Source of the DNA: Octopus vulgaris
Taxonomy: Eukaryota
DNA length: 64,000 nucleotides
Reading direction: 5' to 3'
NCBI GenBank assembly: GCA_951406725.2
Contig: OX597818.1
Span: 10,788,001-10,852,000, forward strand
Below the pieces are notes generated by a model. It was not told the origin of the DNA, searched no databases, and saw nothing but the letters and a program-made list of their open reading frames with translations. Below, piece after piece: positions 55,253-64,000 of this stretch. A program made the translations under genes and the position numbers. How positions within the stretch are numbered: position 1 is the first letter of the stretch; the number at the start of each line of letters is the position of its first letter.

Positions 55253-56223
55253 TATATGTATATATTTATGAGTGTGTGTCTATGTATCTATGTTTATCAT
55301 CCCACCATCGCTTGACAACTGATGGTGGTGTGTTTACATCCCCATAAGCTAGCAGTTCAGCAAAAGGGACTGATAGAATAAGTACTAGGCTTACAAAAGA
55401 ATAGGTCCTAGTGTCAATTTCTTTGATTAAGACCCTTTAAGGCAGTGCTCCAACATGGCCACAGTTAAATGACTGAAACAAGTAAAAGAATAAAAGAATA
55501 AAGCACATAGTACCTACAATGATCCAATATGTCCTAAACATTTAATAAAACCCAAAAGGTGTGATTTTGTAAGTGCTCTTTCGTGGGCCAGATATGTTGT
55601 AAGTGCTCTTTTGTGGGCTAGATATGTTAATAATTCGTGCATATTTTGTCTTATTTGCAGAGAAAAGTTGAAATGAGATAAGCAAAGGAATATTAGAATA
55701 CAGAAAATAAAATGCTTAGACATGAAAAATGATATGAAAGAAGATTCAATGGATATTTTCAGAAGCAATTATATTTGCAATGGCATCTTAATTCCAAAAC
55801 AACACTCTTGATTACTAAAAAAACCCTTCTTAAACTTGTATCATTAACATAAATTATGTGCAGAAAGTGAGTACATCAGATAAACACAAGATTCCAATCC
55901 TGTCAAAACATCTACCTAGATACAAACTACTTTTCCTGAAGTAGATTATAAAGGGAAGCAAGCAATATTTTATATAGTTACAGCTCTTTAGCCTTGTTTT
56001 TTAATTTATTTTTGTCAATTAGAGATCACAAGGACTGTTTATGTTATTAGAGAGGTATTGGTGTATTAAATCAGCGAATAGTTATGTATGTGGGGATTGT
56101 ATGGGTATGTGGTATATTTAGTATTATTTGGCACACAAAGCCATTAATTTGCTGCATACACATTTGTGATGAAATTGTGTGTGTTATATATATATATATG
56201 TTTATAGTTATATGATATTATAT

Positions 56224-56274
<51 letters not shown>

Positions 56275-56353
56275 GATATTATGTCATCATCATCATCGTT
56301 TAACGTCCGCTTTCCATGCTAGCATGGGTTGGATATAATTACATAAAAACAAG

Positions 56354-56680
56354 TGAAGGCACATGACTCAGTGGTTAGAGTGTTGGGCTCACAATCATGA
56401 GGTAGTGAGTTCAATTCCCAGACTGGGCTGTGTGTCTTGAGCAAGACACTTTATTTTCACGTTGCTCCAGTTCACTCAGCTGTAGAAATGAGTTGCATTG
56501 CCACTGGTGCCAAGCTGTATTGGCTTTTGCCTTTCTTTGGTGTGGAGAGGGGAGGTTGGCATGCATGGACAACTGCGGGTCTTCCATAAAACAACCTTGC
56601 CTGGACTTGTGCCTCAGAGGGGAACTTTCTAGGTGCAATTCTATGGTCACTCATAAGCAAAGAGGGTCTTTACCCCTTAT
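56354..56680 (+). mobile_element. tRNA-derived SINE family C with TSD
   Basis: GGCACATGACTCAGTGGTTAGAG...GAGTTCAATTCCC; 11-bp TSD ATAAAAACAAG (56343-56353, 56681-56691). Confidence 0.9.
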
Positions 56681-57449
56681 ATAAAAACAAGCTTTGATAT
56701 TGTTATTCTGTTGCCTCTGCTAAATATTAATAAAAATATACATATACTCATATATTTCGAGTTCTATTTTTCCTGTTTTCACCAATATACCTATATATAT
56801 ATATTGGATATTAAAACAAACAGGTGAGTTGTTTATAAAAAAAAACAAGTACATCCTCTTATGGGTGTTTCAGTAACAAAGAACAGTTCCATAATGTAAA
56901 ATATTATGTAATCAAACGACATTGTCAGATCTTCAGCGATACATAATTCTCATTTGTAATTTTACTTGATTTGTGACAGTGTTGTTGAACCAGTAATGGC
57001 AACACTGTCATTAATTCAGAGTGTCCGTCTGATTGTTTGTCTGTACACTAACCTACAAATAAAAAAACTAGACAATATTTGACTAAATCATCACAAGGTT
57101 AAAATTTTTATCCACTTCAATGGTCCCACCCCTGAACGGCATGATAGGTACATCAACTCAGCCCCATTCAACTCCCCACCCTCACTAACTTGGTAGATTT
57201 CCTCCATCCGACCTTTCTGTTCACATCTGCCATCTTCTCCCCATCGTTTGTCAGTTTTCCTTGACATTTCTGTTACCATTGATTAATTAAACCATTAGTT
57301 AACCTCCCCCTTTCCAAGTCTTGTCTTCCATAACCAACCAACTTCTAATCTTACTTCAGCTTCATCTTTTCCCACCCCCAACCACTCTAAATTTTCTATC
57401 CCCTGCTCATAATTCTTACATCATCACCTTTCCTCTGTAGTCATGATCA

Positions 57450-57960
57450 TGAATTCATGCACTGATGTTATCCCCTGTCTATTGCCAATAATGACCTTCT
57501 CTGTGGTCTCAATGTTGATTGATTGCATCTCTGCCCTTCTGCTTCACTTTTCATCGTAATACTTTATCTCTTCAATGAGCAATCTTGAGCACTTTACTCA
57601 TACCCTGTTTAGACCCTACCACCACTCCTATATTCCATGAATGACTGCAGTAAACAGGTCTCTAATTTGTGTGACCATTCAACATCTCTTCTCACCCTCA
57701 TAACACCCAGCCTAGGTCATTCCTCTGCTCTGGAACCCAGTATAACACATGACCTTACAACCAAAACTCTAGTATGCTTCTTGTACCCCACAAAATGGCA
57801 ATTCTATATCACCTCACAAATATTTACATAGAAAAGAACCTTATTTACTGTCTTAAATATTAGACCTGTGACCTCCTGTGCATTGGGGGTGGGTAATAGA
57901 CATAAGTTAGGGAATCTTTTAATGAATACTACTTCAGCTCACCCACCCATATTGTTTCCC
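57450..57960 (+). mobile_element. Possible Penelope-like element fossil (GIY-YIG remnant)
   Basis: NLIYCLKY*TCDLLCIG at about 57837-57888 resembles the NLIYCIxCxxCxxxYIG motif of PLE endonucleases; the rest is heavily decayed. Confidence 0.45.
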
Positions 57961-57979
57961 ATCTCTCATTCTGTGCCAT

Positions 57980-58192
57980 TGGTGAGCTGGCAGTACCATT
58001 AGTAAACCAGGCAAAATGCTTAGTGGCATTTTGTCTGTCTTCATATTATAAGTTCAAATTCTGTCACGGTTGACTTTGCCCTTCTTCCTTTTGGGATCAA
58101 TAAAATAAGTACTAGTTGAAGAATACCGGAGTCAATGTAATTGACTTACCCGCTTCCCCAAATTGCTGGCCTTGTGCCAAAATTTGAAACCA
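57980..58192 (+). mobile_element. SINE family B
   Basis: GGTGAGCTGGCAG head; ends GTGCCAAAATTTGAAACC as in the 48761 copy. Confidence 0.85.
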
Positions 58193-58586
58193 TGGATTTC
58201 CTGCTTCTTTCTACTGCAAAAAAAAAAAAGATTAATTCCCCACCTCATCTTCTCCACCCCTTCAGGTAAGAAAAGAATAGTTGTGATAACACTACTATAC
58301 CATCCTACACCACATTCCAACCGCCCACATTCACCCCATTGTTCTATGCCACACTTTTTATACACCCATCTTACACATCTATGCATCTATTTAGATTGAA
58401 CATACTATAAACTACACAAGCACATGAGCATAAGTACCCACTTAATATATAAGTACCCAAGAGTACATACACAAACACACACACACCATCTCACCTTAAA
58501 CCAACAAACACACTTCCAATGCACCACCCCTTCAGACATACCCCCACACCACACCATAACACAAAAAAAAATACACAGCACAAAGG

Positions 58587-58892
58587 CTTCAGTATATATT
58601 TCTCCTAAGCCTAGTACTAATTTCATCATTCTCTTTTTGCTGAACTGCAAAGTTACGAGGATGTGAACAAACCACTATTAGTTGCCAAGCAGTGGTGGGG
58701 GACAAGCACATACACATACTGACATATATACAGAGAAATGTATAACTTCAGTATATATTTTCTCCTAAGCCTAGTACTAATTTCATCATTCTCTTTTTGC
58801 TGAACTGCAAAGTTACGAGGATGTGAACAAACCACTATTAGTTGCCAAGCAGTGGTGGGGGACAAGCACATACACATACTGACATATATACA
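58587..58892. repeat. Near-perfect ~160-bp tandem duplication of a SINE A segment
   Basis: CTTCAGTATATATTT...GACATATATACA at 58587 and 58746; identical apart from one T. Confidence 0.9.
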
Positions 58893-58949
58893 TATATATG
58901 TATATGTATATATGTATGTATATTTATGTATATGTATATATGTATGTAA

Positions 58950-58990
<41 letters not shown>

Positions 58991-58991
58991 A

Positions 58992-59039
<48 letters not shown>

Positions 59040-59105
59040 ATATGTGTGTATGTATATATGTATGTATATATGTGTGTATGTATATATGTATATATATATA
59101 TATAT

Positions 59106-59280
59106 ATCTGCTTAGGGATCCTGCTAATCTTCATTCTAATGTGTCCTCTCCAACGTAACTGGTGCTTGTGCACCATCGTCTCAATACTCAAGATATCAGC
59201 TGTCCTCAGGAGTTTTTAAGATCCAGCCAACATTCAGAATGTGTCCGAGACATCTGATGAAAGCATTCAAGGACCCTTAC
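59106..59280 (-). mobile_element. Inverted 5' segment of an RTE LINE insertion
   Basis: Minus strand: VRVLECFHQ..CLGHILNVGW...[35 protein letters not shown]. Confidence 0.88.
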
Positions 59281-59472
59281 AAGGACCTAAGCAGATGCTA
59301 TATGGGGAACTTGTGAATGGAAAGAGACCCTGGCAGAAACCAAGGCTGCAATTTAAGGAGTGTGCCAAGTCCTCATTAAAGGCCTGTGATATGCAGGAGA
59401 CTGACTGGGAGAGCAATGTCTATCATCGCCACAGATTGAGGAAACATATATTTGTATATATATATGTATATA

Positions 59473-59513
<41 letters not shown>

Positions 59514-59566
59514 GCCTGTAAGTATATGTATATATGTATGTATAAGTATGTATGTATGTATGTATG

Positions 59567-59610
<44 letters not shown>

Positions 59611-59614
59611 ATAT

Positions 59615-59850
59615 TTTGAGTGAGCATGTATTCTGCATGAAGAATTTAAGTGTGCTGCTTGAAAGTGTACTGCTGGTGTAGTGAATGGGGAAAGCTTGGT
59701 TTGCAATGTTTGCAGTCATGTATACTTGTTGAACAAGGCTCATTAGCCACCAATGGGGCCGCAAATGCAAGATATAAGTTAGTCGTAGAGCGCACAATGT
59801 TCCTGAAGGTCAGCAATGGTCTTCCTCAGTCACGAGTCGACACACATCAC
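59615..59850 (+). mobile_element. Second, different RTE 3' end nested within the first
   Basis: [15 protein letters not shown]...[21 protein letters not shown] (single decayed zinc finger), then ATGGTCTTCCTCAGTCACGAG..CATC. Confidence 0.7.
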
Positions 59851-60055
59851 ATGTATGTATGTAAGTGTGCATGCATGCATGTATGTATATATGTATATGT
59901 GTATATGTATATATGTATATATATATATATATAATAAATATTAGGGAATAAATCCAAACTTACCGGGAAAAATCAGATTTAGGATTGAATCCAATTTATA
60001 GTAAAATATTATATTATATTATATTATAAAGGTTTTGTCTCTAATTTGTATAATA

Positions 60056-60089
<34 letters not shown>

Positions 60090-60263
60090 AACAAATCAAA
60101 TTGCGATAAAATAAAAATAATTATAATCGCTGGTATTACTAACACAAGCCATATATTTTTCATATATCAGTACATTAAGGCGAAATATGTGCTAGGAATA
60201 CAGAAGCTTGATAAATTAAGTGAAATGAAGATAAAAACATATATATATATATGTATATGTATG

Positions 60264-60695
60264 CACGAGGGGACAGCTACTTTTGAGAAATCTCGTGTTG
60301 CACATGAAAAAATAAGGAGGGATGTCAGGAAGGGCATTGCTGTTACACTTCCAGATGGGAAGGGTCTTCCTATGATGCTGACATGCAGTGTCTGTGCAAG
60401 ACCCTGCCTCAGTAAAGCTGGACTCAAGGGTCATCTTCATAGTCATAAAGCGAGACAGATGAGTGACAACCTGGCCACTGGTGGTGGTGTAACACACCTT
60501 ACTAATCATACCTGTCAGGCATGTGGAAGAGAGTGTAATTCGGCAGGAGGACTTAAACGACATGCAAAGGTACATGAAGCCCAATTACAACTACAGCCGG
60601 CTATTACCGGTAAAGGTTTTAGTTGCCAATTCTGTACAAGACATTGTAGATCTTTAGCTGGGCTAAAAAGTCACATTCAATCACAGCACCAATAA
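60264..60695 (+). pseudogene. Uninterrupted C-terminal reading frame of the RTE ORF with three C2H2 zinc fingers
   Basis: CSVC-X12-HLHSH, CQAC-X12-HAKVH, CQFC-X12-HIQSQH; no TGEKP linkers; contiguous with RTE sequence. Confidence 0.85.
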
Positions 60696-61222
60696 CAGTT
60701 AAGCTTCATGCAATGGCCATACTTGTAATGAGGGGGCAGCCATCATCATATGTATGTATATATTATAGTCTTCTTTCAGTTTCCATTTTCCAAATCCACT
60801 TAAAAGGCTTTGACAGCCTGGGTTTATAGTAGAAGACATTTGCCCAGTATTCCGTACAGTGGGACTGAACCCAGAACCATGTAGCTGAGAAGCAAACTTT
60901 TTACCATACAGCTATACCTACACCTAGATATAGATATAATGTAAACACTATTACTTTCATTTGTTGCATATAAGAACCGATGCACTTCAAATGTCTAAAT
61001 TGTCCAAAAATTTCAGTCAACTGATTTTTTTCGAGTTACCTTTCATTGCTTCTGGGTTATAGATTTTCAACTTGCCTTGGAGTTTTCTTCTACTAATTAC
61101 TTGGATAATCTCAGTTGATTGAAGGTTCCCAACTCACATATGTGAGAATCTAACATATGTGTGTGTGAACGTTAAGAGACGTGTGAATGTTGCCTGTATA
61201 TACTTGTATGAGAATGTATGTG

Positions 61223-61258
<36 letters not shown>

Positions 61259-61605
61259 TATATATATATATATATTCATATATATATATATATAATATCT
61301 GAATATATACATACATGGGTGAAGAAGCAATGATGGAAGAGTATTTAAGAAGGGAGTTAAATGGTCTTAGAATAATAATAAAGTTTGTTTGGCTGTAACT
61401 CAAAGCCCTAGTAGGGTATCAATGTTGAAATTTTATACAAGATAAAATAGTGATGCCTGTTGTTAGATAAGCTTCATCAGATATTAAATGTTGCATCAAG
61501 TATTTAGTTATTGAGTTTGTGTGTGTGTGTGTGCATGCATCCATGGGTGTATGTATAAGATGTTTGCTGTTAGATCTTTTTTTTCCATGCTAGCATGGGT
61601 CAGAC

Positions 61606-62090
61606 CAAGAGTTCTCTACCATTTTTTACTTATGGAGCCCTTTGATTACTATTTTATTCTGGTGGACCGCCATGGGAATTTTGAAAGAAGTTTCTATAAA
61701 ACTGTACCTCTGAAAAATCTAAACCTTGTGTATAATACACACCCCTTCTCTAACTTGAGTCAAGGAGGTCTATATAACGTCTTTCGTTTGTAAAAATGTA
61801 TACGGTAATGTACTTTATTATTGTTGTATATATAACATAATGCAAGCATGTAGCATTTTTGTGCATTTTGTTTGCAGATTTTAAACATTGAAGGGCTGAT
61901 TTGTTTTTCACTCATTAACTTGTGTAGGTTGAACTATATAAAATGTTAGAGAAAAAAAAAAACCTGTTTCTTGCAATACATACATCTAAAACAAATTTTT
62001 TCAGGGGCTCTTAGAATATTATTGTGAATCCCCAATTTACTATTTTGTTTTGTGGACCTTCCAAAATCTTACCCTGGTTGAGACCCACTG
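61606..62090. mobile_element. hAT-type MITE inserted in an RTE tail
   Basis: CAAGAGTTCTCTACC / GGTTGAGACCCACTG termini; 8-bp TSD GGTCAGAC/GGTTAGAC. Confidence 0.82.
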
Positions 62091-62662
62091 GGTTAGACAA
62101 ATTTTTGTTATTGAGGCATTGTTTGTACAGCCAGATGCCCTTTCTTTCACAACATCTTTGCCTGTTTATAAGTTTAAGGATATTTTTTTGAAAGCATTGT
62201 CTCTCAAATCCATTCACAAGACTTTGGTTGGCCCAAGACTTTTGTTAGCCCAAGTAGAAGACATGTGCCACACCATGGAATTGAACCCAGAAACATGTTG
62301 GGAAGCAAGCTTCTTACCACACAGCCACACTTGTCTTTGTATCTGTTTGTCCCCCACCACCCACATCACCACTTGAAAACTAGTGTTGGTGTATTTACAC
62401 CCCTTTAACTTAGCAGTTCAGCGGAAGAGACCAATAGAATAAGTACAAAGTCCTAGGGTCGATTTGTTCAACTAAAACCTTTCAAAGCCCTGGTCCAGCA
62501 AATGACTGAAACAAGTAAAAGAATAAAAGGATATTAATGAATTTCCACTTGTATATTCAGTAAAAGGAGTATTCCTGCTATATGATAGCATGTGATAGCC
62601 AATACCCATGGAGGAGCTTAGGAATGTGCGTTATAAGGTTATTACACAGGTGATGTTAAATT

Positions 62663-62709
<47 letters not shown>

Positions 62710-62784
62710 ACACATGTATGCATTTATGTAAGTACATGTGTATCTATGTACATATGTGTGTTGTGTATGTATGTATATATCATG

Positions 62785-63100
62785 GGATCACGTAACCGAC
62801 CAGGCTATCAGATGTTGCTACACATCGCTGGTCACAATGCGCTTCACATTGTTTTAGCCTTCAAATGACGCCATCCTGTTGGCTAAGCGAGCAGGCCAAC
62901 AGAAGAAAGAGTCAGAGAAAGTTGTGGCGAAAGAGTACAGCAGGGATCGCCACCGGGTGGTGGCGATCCCTGCTGTACTCTTCGTGGAGCTTTGGCTGTT
63001 TTTGTTCAATAAACTCTCACAACGCCTGCTCTGGGAATCAAAACTGCGATCCTACGACCACGAGTCTGCTGCCCTAACCACTGGACCATTGCGCCTCCAC
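62785..63100 (-). mobile_element. tRNA-derived SINE family E (relatively young)
   Basis: Minus strand GTGGAGGCGCAATGGTCCAGTGGTTAGGGCAGC...GTTTTGATTCCC head; many CpGs retained despite lying in the CpG-poor domain. Confidence 0.8.
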
Positions 63101-63393
63101 ATGTATGTATATATATGCATGTATGTGTTATGTGTATGTATGCATACACACATACATCCACATATGTATGCTTGCACACGACAACCTGCCTTGTGTTAAT
63201 ACCTCAATAAAGTGCATCTGCTACCATCTGTAAAGTGAATAAATTTAGAAAGGGCATCTGGCTAAAGAATCCATCTTACAATGGAATGTATGAGCCATAC
63301 TTGGTCCTCCAACTCTTCTTTTGGGGAAGAAACTTCAAATAAGCCTGTATTAACTGAGCCAGCTTATTCTGGAACGCAAATGTAAAAATGATT

Positions 63394-63707
63394 ACAATAG
63401 ATAGATATATGCGCATAAATAAATGCATATATGCGCACATATCCAGAGTTATTATTAAGAAAATCTAATTCAAGACATTCCAGCTGTGACTGTCTGGTTA
63501 TACATTGGACAATGTAATCTTCCTTTTAGATGTAAGTTTGAAAGTGGATGTAAAATGAGGACAATAGATAGATATATGTGCATGCATTAATGCATGCATG
63601 CACACATGCACAGTTATTGTCAAGAAAACCTAATTCAAGACATTCCAGCTGTGACCGTCCGATTATACTTTGGACAATGTATATTTTCTTTTATATGTAA
63701 GTTTGTG
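63394..63707. repeat. Diverged ~168-bp tandem duplication including part of a family F repeat
   Basis: ACAATAGATAGATATATG...CTAATTCAAGACATTCCAGCTGTGAC...TGTAAGTTTG occurs twice. Confidence 0.8.
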
Positions 63708-64000
63708 GTTTCGGGTGAAATTTAGCTACTATGTTTAGCATAGAGGCCTTCTCATTGGTTCAATGCAAACAAGTAAATAAATATGCTTGCTATCTAACAA
63801 TCACCATACACTTTATTCATTAACTCTCACACATACTCATGTATATTGCATACTCACACATGTACATACACTCTATATATATACATACATACATGCATAT
63901 ATATTTATATATATATACACACACATACACAATGATGCACACACAATCATGAACAATGTATAACTGTATGTGTGTAGGAGGTATGTTTGTTTTCATGAAC

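Larger units (their letters stand above)
59286..60749 (+). mobile_element. Sense 3' segment of the same RTE LINE, split by an ~810-bp insertion
   Basis: PKQMLYGELVNGKR...DWESN..HRLRKHI (59286-59450) continues as HEGTATFEKSR at 60264; ends in a CATCATCAT tail. Confidence 0.85.

Noticed and set aside
60189-60695. Host C2H2 zinc-finger gene
   Set aside because: Frame is contiguous with RTE ORF sequence, is followed by the LINE tail and has no TGEKP linkers; its apparent start lies in inserted low-complexity DNA.

Overview
AT-rich, repeat-saturated animal genomic DNA. The SINE, LINE and microsatellite repertoire looks like Octopus/cephalopod (inference from recognised repeat motifs, not a search). 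I can support no intact host protein-coding gene; almost all ORF-track entries are microsatellite or SINE read-through. Supported content: a decayed full-length Tc1-like transposon with DD36E spacing (31746-32962); a mariner fossil; about ten MITEs, including Merlin-like GG...CC elements (two carry TTAGGG repeats), hAT, mariner and piggyBac types; fragments of RTE, CRE, L1/Tx1 and Penelope-like retroelements; at least five SINE families; and large TA/CA microsatellites. Most notable: (i) an RTE LINE with a twin-priming-type 5' inversion whose ORF ends in three C2H2 fingers; (ii) a sharp CpG-retained versus CpG-decayed domain structure (about 2.1-28.5 kb versus the flanks), suggesting methylated gene bodies on both sides; (iii) scattered short segments with strong splice sites but no ORF; (iv) hammerhead-ribozyme-like cores. 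I found no convincing wholly new biological system. SINE and LINE boundaries are approximate.
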